A DNA stretch of 64,000 nucleotides from Candidatus Kapaibacterium sp. (GCA_963665665.1 OY762428.1:2304001-2368000); one strand, 5' to 3'; positions 41,173 through 53,200 are shown, counted from the stretch's first letter. Notes: generated by a model not told the origin, from the letters alone. Program-made: numbers and translations.

Positions 41173-41513
41173 GGCCGATGGTTGAAGTTAAATCAAAAAT
41201 ATTGCCCGACAATATGGAATTGAAATTTTTTCTTCGATTAGGTTATCTTTTCTCAATTTCTGATATTGATGAATATGTTGAAGTAAATGGCACAAAAGAT
41301 ATTGGCCGTGATGAAACGATTGATTCAAAAAGTATGTTCATTCAGCCAGGCCTTAAGTATCTTTACAAATTCAATAATTTTGATGTTGGATTCAGTTTCA
41401 GTTGGTTTGCTGATTTCGACAAACTCTATGTAGATCATTATTCTTATAGTACCCAATGGGATGGTGTAAGGCTGACATTGCTTTTCGAAACAAGTCTGGG
41501 GCAATTTGATTGA
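41133..41513 (+). pseudogene. C-terminal half of an outer-membrane beta-barrel paralogous to 43639-44319
   Basis: EINAKSKNLCFGLGPMVE...SMFIQPG...TQWDGVRL versus YIDSKSVNYCIGLGPVFE...SMFLEPG...TQWDGIRL; signal peptide and N-terminal half are missing. Confidence 0.8.
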
Positions 41514-41759
41514 TTTGATTAACAAATTATTTTATAGTGATTTATAAAACATTTATTTTTGTGGATATTAATTTTTTAAAAATTATAAAAGAAATTATAA
41601 ATTTATATGCTTTAAGCTTTTTGGAAATAAGGAAACCGGAAAAAAGGCATAGTTGTATAATTATCAAATTAGTAGCATTATTATCAATAAAGGGCATGCT
41701 TTATAATATGTACATGAAAAAGAGAATACCCGAAATAAAATAGGAGGAATTATTCAGAC

Positions 41760-43622
41760 ATGAAGCATTTATTAAATCTATTATCAACAGTATTAATTGT
41801 TTTTTTATCAGCATCCTGCATGTATAACCCGGTTGAAACCGTGGATGCGATAGTGGAACCAAGGCTCGACATAGGCAATACTGATATCAGGATCCTTCCC
41901 GAGGCAGATACATTGATCCTTCCTGAAAATGGCAATCTTGAAGTAAAATTAGTAGTTCAAACAGAACTTATCGTAAATCATGTTGAACTTATCAAGGATA
42001 CAACAACTATAAGCGTTGTAAATGACGGATCAAGCTATCCCGGTAGTAACAACACAAAAGTGTTCAGATATTATTTTAATAAGAATACGAAATATTTGGC
42101 CGGACTAATTAATTCATTGAAATTCAGAATAGTATTTGAAACCTGTACAGGATCGCTTGCGGACAGGTATCATCAGGAATTTATTACTGTGGAAAGAGAC
42201 TTTATTGTATCGAACATGAGTATAGAGGAAAAACCCTCAATTACCAGATTTGCTGATACAAACGGATCATTAATGATCTTTTGGGAAAAATCCGAAAGCG
42301 AATATTTTAGTTCATACTCTCTGATCAGTAAAAATGAAGAGGTGGCCAGAATATATGACATAGATAAACCGATGGCATACGATACAACATTCTTTGGGCC
42401 GGAAAAAGATTATTATGTAAGAACATATTACTTCGATGGAAAAGTTTCTATCGACGGGAATAAAACTTCATATAAGAAAAACCTGCCATCACCAATTGTT
42501 CAGCTATCTGCCGATACTGCAAGAATTACGGTTTCCTGGGATACCTTCCCCTATTATAACAATCTGAAAGGATACCGGCTTTTAATTATGGATAATAGCA
42601 ACCAGAATGAATTTAAGTTCTATACATCGAATAAAAAAACCACCAGCTTTGTGATTGACAGTTTGTTTATTCTTGAAAACAACAGGTACAATCTGATGTA
42701 CCTGACTAAAGTGGATGTTGAAAACCAATTTGTGAAATATAGCGGTATCAACAACCGGGGGGCTTTCAATACCGGCGAAGAGTCAGGTTTTCAGGGCCTT
42801 TACAAGATGTATCAGGATGAAAATGATAATTGCTACTATTTTGATTCCGGTGAATTTGGCGAATATGACATTCATACTCATTTGAAATTAAATTCAACTT
42901 CTATTCAATTCGACAGAGTATGGCTTTGCGAGAATGGTAAATATTTTACTATTCAATACTGGAATTTTTTATATGTATATAACATGGAATCCGGCGAATG
43001 TGTTGATACATTAAACGTCAGTTCAATAAGCGGGAGCGCGGATACTGATATTGATTTCCTGGATATATCACTGGATAGTTGTTATGTGTTTGAACATAAA
43101 AGGACTTTATATCTTTATAATTTTATTAGTTCTGTTCTGAAAACATACAGCTTGCCATCTGCCATATCGAACCTGAAGATTTCAGAAGACGCGGAATATT
43201 TAAGCTATGTTGTATATTCGAATCCGGGATATACTACCAAATGTTTTAAAATTGCCGAAGATTCTCTTGAGCAAATATCTTCTAAAGAAATCGAGGGCCT
43301 CAGGTTCATAACTACATTCAAGGGAAGTGGCCATCAGTTTGTTGGATATGATCAATATGGAATTTCAATATTTGATCCGGAGTCGGGAACTATTGTTGAA
43401 AAATATAATTTTGCAGTAAATACTTATGAGCAGAATTACTTCAGCTTTGACTGGAAAAACAGAAAGTTGCTGGTTTGCAATGATTCGCGGGGAAAATTAT
43501 ACGACATGGACAGAAAAAAGACGATTTTTACCATTGGAACTACCTGGGGGAAATATTACAATCTAATCGGGAACCAAATCTATAAAAATCAGAAATATAT
43601 TGTTATACCGGATATTGAATAA
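41760..43622 (+). CDS. Lipoprotein with FN3/Ig-like and beta-propeller-like regions
   Basis: Lipobox LSASC; beta-rich; GSLAD motif; no precise family recognised. Confidence 0.65.
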   Translation: MKHLLNLLSTVLIVFLSASCMYNPVETVDAIVEPRLDIGNTDIRILPEADTLILPENGNLEVKLVVQTELIVNHVELIKDTTTISVVNDGSSYPGSNNTKVFRYYFNKNTKYLAGLINSLKFRIVFETCTGSLADRYHQEFITVERDFIVSNMSIEEKPSITRFADTNGSLMIFWEKSESEYFSSYSLISKNEEVARIYDIDKPMAYDTTFFGPEKDYYVRTYYFDGKVSIDGNKTSYKKNLPSPIVQLSADTARITVSWDTFPYYNNLKGYRLLIMDNSNQNEFKFYTSNKKTTSFVIDSLFILENNRYNLMYLTKVDVENQFVKYSGINNRGAFNTGEESGFQGLYKMYQDENDNCYYFDSGEFGEYDIHTHLKLNSTSIQFDRVWLCENGKYFTIQYWNFLYVYNMESGECVDTLNVSSISGSADTDIDFLDISLDSCYVFEHKRTLYLYNFISSVLKTYSLPSAISNLKISEDAEYLSYVVYSNPGYTTKCFKIAEDSLEQISSKEIEGLRFITTFKGSGHQFVGYDQYGISIFDPESGTIVEKYNFAVNTYEQNYFSFDWKNRKLLVCNDSRGKLYDMDRKKTIFTIGTTWGKYYNLIGNQIYKNQKYIVIPDIE

Positions 43623-43638
43623 TTATTAAGAGGAAAAA

Positions 43639-44319
43639 ATGAAAAAGTGCTTCGTTCTTATATTTTCAGTTCTATTATTTACTTCATCTTATTCTATGGC
43701 GAATGATCTGTTTTTCAGCTTAAATCCCGGCTGGGGATCTTATCAAATGATCGACCTGAAAAACTATTTTGACGATATAAAAAAGAGCAATGCAATCGGC
43801 CTTGTTACAGATGATTTTCCGGGGTATTTCAATATCGGAGCCGATTTATTATATGAAATGACAGGATCGTTGAATATCGGTGTTGCTTTTATCTTCAACA
43901 GTACCGGCGGCAGATTCCATTATAATGATTATTCCGGTTATATTGATTCCAAATCAGTTAACTACTGCATAGGTTTAGGGCCTGTTTTTGAATTAAAAAC
44001 CAGCATTCTTGACGACAGGATAACCGTAAAATACTACAGCAGGTTCGGGCTGTTGCTTTCAAGTATGGAATTATCCCATTATATGGAAATTAACGAAGAA
44101 GTAATAAAAGATAATAAATCAACCACCGAAGCATCCAGTATGTTTTTAGAACCAGGTTTCAAGGTACTTTGGAATAACGATAATGTTAATTTTGGAATCG
44201 GAATGGGGTATTTCCTTGATTTTGATGAATTTTACGATGGAACTGAATTTCGCACCCAATGGGACGGAATTCGCCTGTATGCTATTCTGGAAACAAATAT
44301 CTCAAAATTGTTGCAATAA
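43639..44319 (+). CDS. Outer-membrane beta-barrel protein
   Basis: Signal peptide, GSYQMIDLK, STGGRFHYNDYSG, amphipathic strands; follows the lipoprotein gene. Confidence 0.75.
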   Translation: MKKCFVLIFSVLLFTSSYSMANDLFFSLNPGWGSYQMIDLKNYFDDIKKSNAIGLVTDDFPGYFNIGADLLYEMTGSLNIGVAFIFNSTGGRFHYNDYSGYIDSKSVNYCIGLGPVFELKTSILDDRITVKYYSRFGLLLSSMELSHYMEINEEVIKDNKSTTEASSMFLEPGFKVLWNNDNVNFGIGMGYFLDFDEFYDGTEFRTQWDGIRLYAILETNISKLLQ

Positions 44320-44571
44320 TGTAAACAATTTATTTTCATATAAATAAGAATATTTTTATCTTTGTTGAACTTGTATCACCAGGGGGACAGAATGTGGCAG
44401 GTATTCCGGTAAGTAAGGAGTTTTTCCTTAAAAAATTAAAAAAAATAAATAATAGCGTGACAATTCCGTTATAGGAGTGTTAATAATGTAGGTTATTGAT
44501 TATTTTTGTATTGAAGTAAATTGCAAAATAAAGTATTGTAAATAATTTTTTAATTTTATCAGGGACATAAT

Positions 44572-47208
44572 ATGTTGCAAACTAAATTGATCAAAAGGTT
44601 ATCGATCTTTTTCTTAGCCTTTTTGTTTGCCGTTGCTACCGATGCCTGGGCTCAACCATCGGTTTCGGGAGTAACACCTTCAAACACTGCTGACTGTGTA
44701 GATCTGGAAACTGACTTTGTATGGGAAACTGCTGACGGAGATGCGGTATCCTTTGTTTTCCAGCTTTCCGAATCCTCATCATTTACCAATTTGATCTATG
44801 ATGAAACAGTTAGTTCGAAAACTTTTACAGCCATACTTCCAAATTATCAAACTCAGTATTACTGGCGTGTGGAAGCTACTTTCGATGGCGGGGCAACAGC
44901 CTCGACAGGAATCCTTCGTTTCTGGACCAAAATGGCGCCACCGCTGAACCAGGTTCCGGCAAACGGCAATGAATGTGCGAATATTGAAACTACATTCGAC
45001 TGGAGTGATGTTGATGAAACTATAAACTACGTTCTTCAGATATCATATTCTTCGTCATTTACTTCGCTTTATGCCGAAGTTGATGACCTGACCTCTTCTT
45101 CCTATACAATGCTTCTGCCCGAATACAATACAGAGTATTTCTGGAGAGTGAAATCTGAAATGGGAGCTACCTGCGAAACTGAATTTTCCGATCCTTTCTC
45201 GCTAACCACTGCAATGAGGCCACCGACGATGATCCAGCCTGTGAACGGGGCTTTTGGCCTGGATAAAACAGTTGAAATGACCTGGAGCGCTGATGACGGA
45301 TACGATTCTTTCAACCTGATGGTGGATGATAATTCAGATTTTTCATCTCCTGTGTTTAATGAAACTGATCTGACAGATCCAAGCTATACAATAACACTTC
45401 CACAAAATAATACTCAGTATTTCTGGAAAGTTCAGGCTGATTATGACGGATGCCTTACTGACTGGACTGCTGCACGGACTTTTACTACAAAGTATGATGC
45501 TGTTTTGCTTGATTCCCCGGAAGACAACGTGCTTTGCGTGGAACTTGTTACCACTTATTCATGGGAAGCTGTAAACGGTGCTACTATGTACAGGCTTCAG
45601 ATTTCAGACAATCCTGATTACGATAGCCCGGTTGTAGATACTAATGAAATCGCCAATGTTTTCTTCCAGGCTACTATCCCCGACCCGATAACAGTTTATT
45701 ACTGGAGGGTGCGTGCAGAAGATGACAATAATGTTGGTTATTGGTCAACAAGCCGGACATTTACATCAACAATAACTGCACCTGAACTTCTATTTCCTGA
45801 CGAGAGCCTTTCAGGGCTTCCTCTGAAGTTTACTCTTGTCTGGCAGGAAGATGTTCCCAACTCTATTTATAATGTTCAGGTATCACGGTCAACAAACTTT
45901 TTAAATCCGATTATCAAAGCAGAGAATCTGGACGAACCAAATTATGATATCGAACTTGATGATTATTTCGAGGATTACTATTGGCGTGTACAGGCAGTTT
46001 ATAATACCTGTTCCAGTTCATGGTCCGAGGTTAAACAGTTCCGTACTGTAGTAGGTCCTCCCGGGCTTATTGCTCCTGCTGATAGTGAAGTTAACGTTGC
46101 ATTGAAACCTCGTTTCGAATGGGAACATTCCTCGGGTGCAACCCAATATGAAATATCAGTTGCTACTGATACTTTATTTGACAATGTGGTGCTGGGACGC
46201 CGTGGTATTCTGTCAACAAATTTCCAGGTTTCTGATGTTCTTGAAAAGAATACCCTGTATTACTGGAGAATCAGGGCTTCAAATAATGAAGGTACCAGTC
46301 TCTGGTCAGACAGATCATCATTCACAACCGGCGGGCTTGGTGCAGAAGTGCCGATATTACTTTATCCCGAGCAGCTTGCTGAAATGATACCTGTTGATAT
46401 GACTTTCGATTGGGATGATGCCGAAAGAGCCGATAGGTATCAGTTACAGGTTGCCCTTACTAAAGAATTCTTCGGTTATGAAATAAATATTGATACAATT
46501 AGTTCTTCTTCGTTTACTCATACCGGATTTGATAATTACACCGAATATTTCTGGCGCGTTCTTGCCATTAATGACAGCGGTAAAAGCTCCTGGTCTGAAA
46601 TCAGGAAATTCCGCACCATAGCGCTCCCGGTTGAAGAACATCCTGTATTACGTACTCCCGAGAACAACCTTGAGAATCTGCCGGTTGACCTTACTTTCTC
46701 CTGGCATAGTTCTGAACATGCTGAAGGATATTCCTATCAGCTTGCAAAGTCGAATTCATTTACCGCAGATCAGATGGTGGTTGATGAACCGGTAGTCTGG
46801 GGGCTTCAGCACAAGATATATGACCTTGAAGAAGATATGAGATACTTCTGGCGCGTGCGTGGATGGAACGAAGCTTCCGAAGGACCGTGGTCTGAAATAT
46901 TTACATTCACTACTACCGACGGATCAGGCATTCTTGATGAAATTGAAATGCCATTCCTGAGTTCTGTTTCTCCGCACCCGGTAACTGATAATGCTATGCT
47001 GTTCTTTACATTACCAACTGATTCCAGAGTTGTTATTAAAATATATAATTCATTGGGCCAGGAAGTGATGCAGGTTGCCGACCAGTTCATGCTTGCCGGT
47101 GAAAAACGTATGAAAATAGTACCTGTTGGAATGGAAAGCGGTATCTATATTTATACCATCGAAGCCGGAAACAGGAAAGAAACAAGACGCATGATCTATT
47201 TGCGTTAA
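44572..47208 (+). CDS. Secreted protein of eight FN3-like repeats with T9SS CTD
   Basis: Eight Y(Y/F)W(R/K)(V/I) repeats of ~95 aa; CTD SPHPV...MESGIYIY; no catalytic domain seen. Confidence 0.88.
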   Translation: MLQTKLIKRLSIFFLAFLFAVATDAWAQPSVSGVTPSNTADCVDLETDFVWETADGDAVSFVFQLSESSSFTNLIYDETVSSKTFTAILPNYQTQYYWRVEATFDGGATASTGILRFWTKMAPPLNQVPANGNECANIETTFDWSDVDETINYVLQISYSSSFTSLYAEVDDLTSSSYTMLLPEYNTEYFWRVKSEMGATCETEFSDPFSLTTAMRPPTMIQPVNGAFGLDKTVEMTWSADDGYDSFNLMVDDNSDFSSPVFNETDLTDPSYTITLPQNNTQYFWKVQADYDGCLTDWTAARTFTTKYDAVLLDSPEDNVLCVELVTTYSWEAVNGATMYRLQISDNPDYDSPVVDTNEIANVFFQATIPDPITVYYWRVRAEDDNNVGYWSTSRTFTSTITAPELLFPDESLSGLPLKFTLVWQEDVPNSIYNVQVSRSTNFLNPIIKAENLDEPNYDIELDDYFEDYYWRVQAVYNTCSSSWSEVKQFRTVVGPPGLIAPADSEVNVALKPRFEWEHSSGATQYEISVATDTLFDNVVLGRRGILSTNFQVSDVLEKNTLYYWRIRASNNEGTSLWSDRSSFTTGGLGAEVPILLYPEQLAEMIPVDMTFDWDDAERADRYQLQVALTKEFFGYEINIDTISSSSFTHTGFDNYTEYFWRVLAINDSGKSSWSEIRKFRTIALPVEEHPVLRTPENNLENLPVDLTFSWHSSEHAEGYSYQLAKSNSFTADQMVVDEPVVWGLQHKIYDLEEDMRYFWRVRGWNEASEGPWSEIFTFTTTDGSGILDEIEMPFLSSVSPHPVTDNAMLFFTLPTDSRVVIKIYNSLGQEVMQVADQFMLAGEKRMKIVPVGMESGIYIYTIEAGNRKETRRMIYLR

Positions 47209-47229
47209 TCATTTCCAAAATATTTACTA

Positions 47230-47254
47230 AAAAGGCCGGCATTCCCGGCCTTTT
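47230..47254 (+). terminator. Intrinsic terminator
   Basis: aaaaggccgg-cattc-ccggcctttt. Confidence 0.75.
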
Positions 47255-47404
47255 CCTGTTTTATCTGATTTCAAAGGAATTAACTCCTTGCTTGCAAATA
47301 TAAAATAATGTAGTTTTGCTCTTTCTTTCGGGGAAAGGTGCGTGTTTAAATAATTATTAGCAGCAGGGTTTCCCGTATATTAAACTGAATAACAATAGCA
47401 AATT

Positions 47405-48097
47405 ATGAGTAAATACGTAATCGGAGATATTCACGGATGTTCATCCTCACTTTCCGGCCTTCTCGACAAGATTTCACCGGAAAAAGGGGATACTATTTAC
47501 TTTCTTGGGGACTATATAGACCGCGGCCCGAATTCTAAAGCTGTTGTGGATATTATTTTGGGCCTGAAAGAATCAGGGATATTGATAATGCCACTGATGG
47601 GAAACCATGAGGAAATGATGCTTAATTCTTTTTTTTCTGTTAAATATTTTGAACAATGGAAAAAAAACGGCGGCAGAAGTACACTTAAAAGCTTTCTTGC
47701 TGACCATGTTAAAGATATTGATAAAAAGTATATTGACTTTTTCTCATCCCTGAAATATTTTTATCTTACCGACGATTATGTTATCGTTCATGGCGGGCTC
47801 AATTTCAAACTTTCGGATCCCCTGAAAGACAAACTGAGTATGGTATGGGAAAGAAATAATGTTGTGGATACAAGGAAAACAGGCGGCAGAAAATTGATTG
47901 TAGGCCATACTCCCATACGTCTGAAAGATGTCAAAAAAAGTATTTATCACGATAAGATAATGCTTGACGGCGGATGTGTGTATTATTACCGCTATCCTGA
48001 GCTTGGATACCTTTGTGCGTTAAGATTGGATGATAAAGAACTTTTTTATGTTAAGAACAGTGATTATTCAAGAAGCAGGAAATATCATGAATATTGA
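47405..48097 (+). CDS. PPP-family metallophosphoesterase (PphA-like Ser/Thr phosphatase)
   Basis: GDIHG, GDYIDRG, GNHE, HGG, GHTP. Confidence 0.92.
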   Translation: MSKYVIGDIHGCSSSLSGLLDKISPEKGDTIYFLGDYIDRGPNSKAVVDIILGLKESGILIMPLMGNHEEMMLNSFFSVKYFEQWKKNGGRSTLKSFLADHVKDIDKKYIDFFSSLKYFYLTDDYVIVHGGLNFKLSDPLKDKLSMVWERNNVVDTRKTGGRKLIVGHTPIRLKDVKKSIYHDKIMLDGGCVYYYRYPELGYLCALRLDDKELFYVKNSDYSRSRKYHEY

Positions 48098-48443
48098 GCA
48101 ATTCAGGGAATATTGCCTTTCGAAGAAGGGGGTTAGCGAGGATTTCCCGTTTGATGAAACATCTCTCTGCTTTAGGGTAATGGGAAAAATATTTGCTATT
48201 ACCGATACTGAAGACCTTCCCCTTTTTTTTAATTTGAAATGCGACCCCGAGCGGGCAGCTGACCTCAGGGAAAGGCATCCCGGGATAAAACCTGGCTGGC
48301 ACATGAACAAAAAACACTGGAACTCGGTTGTACCCGACGAAGATGTGCCGGAGGATCTTATCTATGAGCTTATTGACCATTCTTACGATCTTATAGCCAA
48401 ATCCCTGAAAAAATCAGACAGGGAAAAACTAAGCATGATGTAA
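48087..48443 (+). CDS. MmcQ/YjbR family DNA-binding protein
   Basis: EDFPFD, VMGKIFA, NLKCDPE, PGWHMNKKHWN, IDHSY. Confidence 0.92.
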   Translation: MNIEQFREYCLSKKGVSEDFPFDETSLCFRVMGKIFAITDTEDLPLFFNLKCDPERAADLRERHPGIKPGWHMNKKHWNSVVPDEDVPEDLIYELIDHSYDLIAKSLKKSDREKLSMM

Positions 48444-48678
48444 ATGTTTATTGCGGTTTTTAAAGAAGTATTTTGCAAATGGCTGACAGAAGGCTTTTTA
48501 ATCAGAAATAAAAAAAGGAAATCCTTTCCTTTTCGTCGTTATGGGATATTTTCGGGTTCTCCCGAAGAATTTTTCAAATTAAACTGTTTTATGAAACTAC
48601 CCGTATTCTTATTTAAGAATAAAATAACTATGACAAAATGAATTATTAATAAATACGATACTGAATGGATCAGTAAAT

Positions 48679-50187
48679 ATGGAAAAAGGAAAAGTATATT
48701 TGATTGGTGCCGGGCCGGGCGATCCCGGACTGATAACTGTAAACGGAATAAACGCCCTGAAAGTAGCGGACGTTGTGCTATATGATAAGCTTGCCAATCC
48801 CGAGCTTCTTGGCGAGTGCCGCTCCGACGCAGAAATGATATTCGTGGGAAAAGCTGCCGGACACCATTACGTAAAGCAGGAAGACACCATCAAATTAATG
48901 ATAGAAAAAGCAAACTCCGGGAATATTGTTGCCAGGCTGAAGGGCGGCGATCCATTGATATTTGGCCGGGGCTCCGAGGAAGCCATCGAACTGGTAAAAG
49001 AAGGTATAGAGTTCGAATTTATTCCCGGAGTAACAGCGGCGGCAGGGGCAACAGCTTATGCCGGAATCCCGCTTACTCACAGGAATATGGCCACACAATG
49101 CGTTATGCTTACTGCCCACGAGGCCCCCGGCAAAGAAGAATCTCAAATCGAGTGGGAAAGGCTTGCCGGAATGAAAAATACCACCATAGTTATTTACATG
49201 GGAGCTGCCATGCTGCCGGAGATTTCAAAGACTCTGATCGATTTCGGTATGGATGAAAATCATCCCGCAGCAGTTGTGCAGAACGGAACATTGCCCGAAC
49301 AAAGAAGTATAAGCGGAACAATTAAAACTATACCGCAGCTTGTTAGTGAAAAAGGGCTTAAGCCGCCGTTGATTACTATACTCGGCCCTACGGTCAGTTT
49401 AAGGGAGAAGATCAATTTCTTCGAGAATAAGCCGCTGTTTGGCAGGCGGATTGTTGTGACAAGAGCTAAGGACCAGGCGGCATCATTCTATAAAATGCTG
49501 CGTGAACTTGGCGCCGAACCCGTACCTTTCCCTGTTATCAAAACCGAGCAGGCAAACCCGAAAACCAACCTGGAAACAGTCCTTGAAAATAAATACGAAT
49601 GGACGGTTTTTTCGAGTGAAAACGGAGTGCGTTGGTTTTTCAGCCTTTTGAATGATAACGGCAAAGATGCCAGGGTGCTTGGAAATTCCAGGGTTGCTGC
49701 CATTGGCAGCGGTACTCAGAAAAAATTAAAAGAAATGGGGATAATTGCTGATTTTGTACCGGAAACATATACCTCAAGAGCTTTGGTTGATGAATTAGCT
49801 TCAAAGCATGATATAGCCGGAAAAAATATTCTAAGGGTGAAAGGATATTTTGAACAGGATCCCCTGACTGAAAATTTAATTAAAAAGGGTGCTGAAGTTC
49901 ATCCCCTTGAAGTTTACAAGCTGGATAAAGACGAACCAACGGAAATGCAAAAAGAAAACCTGCTGAACAATGGGGCGGAAGCGATTGTGTTTACAAGTGG
50001 TTCAACAGTGGACAACCTTCTTTCGGTATTAGGAGAAAAATCTGCTGAAGTGCTTATGAACACGATTCCCATTGCCATTGGCCCTGTTACTGCCACAAAA
50101 CTTGAAGAGCGGGGCGTGCTGCATTATATCATGGCCGATCAGCATGACCTGGACGGAATTATCCTTAAATTGCTTGAGTTGTTCTGA
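48679..50187 (+). CDS. cobA: Uroporphyrinogen-III C-methyltransferase / uroporphyrinogen-III synthase fusion (CobA-HemD)
   Basis: GAGPGDPGLIT and RLKGGDP (CobA); IVVTRA, FSSENGV, FTSGSTV, AIGPVT (HemD). Confidence 0.95.
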   Translation: MEKGKVYLIGAGPGDPGLITVNGINALKVADVVLYDKLANPELLGECRSDAEMIFVGKAAGHHYVKQEDTIKLMIEKANSGNIVARLKGGDPLIFGRGSEEAIELVKEGIEFEFIPGVTAAAGATAYAGIPLTHRNMATQCVMLTAHEAPGKEESQIEWERLAGMKNTTIVIYMGAAMLPEISKTLIDFGMDENHPAAVVQNGTLPEQRSISGTIKTIPQLVSEKGLKPPLITILGPTVSLREKINFFENKPLFGRRIVVTRAKDQAASFYKMLRELGAEPVPFPVIKTEQANPKTNLETVLENKYEWTVFSSENGVRWFFSLLNDNGKDARVLGNSRVAAIGSGTQKKLKEMGIIADFVPETYTSRALVDELASKHDIAGKNILRVKGYFEQDPLTENLIKKGAEVHPLEVYKLDKDEPTEMQKENLLNNGAEAIVFTSGSTVDNLLSVLGEKSAEVLMNTIPIAIGPVTATKLEERGVLHYIMADQHDLDGIILKLLELF

Positions 50188-50240
50188 GATAAGTGTTTAT
50201 CTGATTTCAGAAATAGTAAAACAATCCTGAAAGAACGAAA

Positions 50241-50276
50241 AAAAATCCGGTATTAAATTAATAATACCGGATTTTT
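50241..50276. terminator. Bidirectional terminator
   Basis: aaaaatccggtatta...taataccggattttt between convergent genes. Confidence 0.75.
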
Positions 50277-50299
50277 ATATAAATCATGAATTCAGAACT

Positions 50300-53200
50300 T
50301 TAGTTCTTGATAAACTGCTTTCTAATATCAAACTTATCATTTAATAATCTAACAAAATAAGTTCCCGGAACGTAATTATCAATCTCTATTCTGAGCATTG
50401 AATCATCCTGCATATTTACAGATTTTGTTTCAATAACATTCCCTTCAAGGTCGTAAACGTACATGTCTGCAGGGCCAATGGCTTTTGGTACATGAATATC
50501 AACATGGCTTGTAGCCGGATTGGGGTATAGTTCAGCTGCAAATTCATCATTTTTAACAGGTACATCAACCATGTCGCCAATTCGGAATGAATAAAATACG
50601 CCAATACCAAAATCAGGATCGAAAACATGTATGTCTTCACCGGCACCGTCAACTATTCTCAGGTAGCCGTTGCCCTGGTCAGGAATAGCCCAGTAGGAAA
50701 GGCCGTAATGTCTTTGGTCAAGTACTCTTAAGGTGTAGCATCCTTCTTCCAGTTCTGCAAAGTTGAAAGTATATAAAGAATTGTTCTGGAAATTATCTCC
50801 GCTTTTAACAACATTTCCTGCATAGTCCAAAATCTCGACAGAGAACTCGCTTCCGCGAAGGTTTGTCAATATCCGGACTTCACAGCTATTAGTATACATA
50901 TCAGTTTGTTTGAAACGGCTGGTGTAAGTGTCATTTTCAGCATATTGATCCTGCTTACCGTTAGGATCGGAAACTGTTGCAGTAAATTTCCTCTGTTCGT
51001 CGCCATGCCAGAATGCTGATGATGTTATCGGTATGTATATTGTATCAAAGCGCATAGGTTCAATATTGCCTGTCCAGTTGAAATCAATGGGGTCGCCGCC
51101 TGAAACACCGATATTGATATTCAAAGATGTTATAGGCTCGCTGCCATTATTTCTTACAATTATTGTAGGCTCGGAGCATATCGGATTTATCCTTGAGTAA
51201 TAATCCCAGCTGTTAGGAGAAATGATGTCATAAAGCTCGGCATCAATTTCGTGTGTCGGAGCAGAATATTGAATAAAGTGCATTGAAGTTACGTAATTAC
51301 CGTTGCCCATATTTTTATTATTAGCCGGCACAGGAGTAATTCCATAATCGAATTTTGTTGTTGGTTTGGTTACTATTCCCGTCAGCTCGAATTCAAAATC
51401 TTTTACTACATCTCCCGGGCACCAGCCTTCGCGTGCTCCGGGCCATGTTCCGCCCTGGGGATAAACCGGGTTCATCGCGCATTCGTAATACTGGAATATC
51501 TTCCATGAAAATTCATCATTATTTACCAGTAAATAATGGTCGTTATCTTTCCATTCGCAGCAATGAGGATATTCACCGTCGTTGCTGTGATGTCCGTGGC
51601 CGGTAAGCCTTGTTTTGATTTTGAAAGTTTCTGCGTCATCCAGAATCGGAACTTCAATTTCCGACAATACATCGTCATTATCCATCTGGCTGTATCTATA
51701 AGATTTCATTGGGCCCCATATCCTGTCTACGCTAAGAACTTTTCTCGGAGGGGTTCCTTTGATAAATTCAAACCTGACATCGAGCAATTCCTGCTGGTTG
51801 CCTGCCGACATATCAACTTCGCCTGTCAGAAGATGAGCATATTCCGTAACGTCGTATCTCCATTCGAACCCGTCGGGCCCAAGGTCAAGCATTTTTCCGT
51901 AAGGAGTGATAAACCTTGCTATTTCATACCTGTCCAGTATTTCAGCAGGTTCGGTATAATATGTAATTACATCATTATAAATTTCTTCTGATTTCTCGGA
52001 ATAGCTGGAATCGATTCTGTTGCCGTCAGGATCGTAGGTGTATCCCCATCCACCCTGTTCCACATTAATCAATTCATCAACAATTGCTCTGTGTCCGTCT
52101 TTTTTGAATTTTACAATACTAAGTTGGGGAAGCTGTTCGGATATTGTTGCTACTGATTCATTTACCCGGGTTTCATATTCGCCTCGGAGCATAACTACAG
52201 CGGGACGGTTCTCGCTGCCAAAAGAATTTTTCATGTAATCCGCAGGATACATCTGTTTAACGGCAGGCATTCCAATTAGCCTTCCGTTTCTTTCCTTGCC
52301 TGATTTATCAATTACATAGCCATTCTCGATATTCTCCATATCATAATAAAGCTGTAGGTTAGAGTAATTCGGGTGTGTTTCGTCAATATCCTTATCCAGC
52401 CATTCAGAAATAGCATCATTGCTAAGAGCATCATTCCAGATTCTTACATCATCAATACATCCGTCGATCATTGAATTATTGCCTATAGTACTCGATATTT
52501 TAACGGGCTCGTTATTCACCGGAGTATAGGAAGGAATCACGTGCTTATATATAAGCCCTATTTCCCGACCGTTAATGAAAAGCTTCAGCTTGTCATTATT
52601 CGATTCTCCTGAACCGTCGAAAACCATGGCAATATGCGTCCATTGGCCAACCTGCAGAACGCCTTCGGCCCTGCCCCACTGATTCAGAGCAGGACGAACT
52701 ATACAATATACTTCCCTTTCCGATCCGCCGCACTGCAGAACCAGCTTGTTGTTCTTTGTAATAATATCAGCCCAGTTTTTCCATTTGTTGATCTTTACCC
52801 AGGTTTCGTAAGTTACTTTCTGAACTCCGTTAATTTCCGGAATATCCGTTGCTTCCACATAATCATAAGTGCCGTCAAATTCAAGGAATGTATCATTCTC
52901 GGCAGAAATTATGCCGCCGGATACTGCGTTGGCTCCCCAAATAACATCTTCGGTATCTTCATCTATCGAGTAGCTGATATCGAAAAGAACACTGAACAGT
53001 CCGTTCCAGTCGAAAGGCTCATTGAAATAAATAGTATGCCAGCCTTCTTCCTGAACAGTAATATCATCATAATGATATGTTACTAACTCAATATTATCTA
53101 TCATATCAGTTGTTTTAGAATTCGTATTCTTCAACCCGATCTTAAGGTTCTTCAGCGTTATCGGCGCACTTTTCAGGTAAAATTTAACACCGTGTATATT

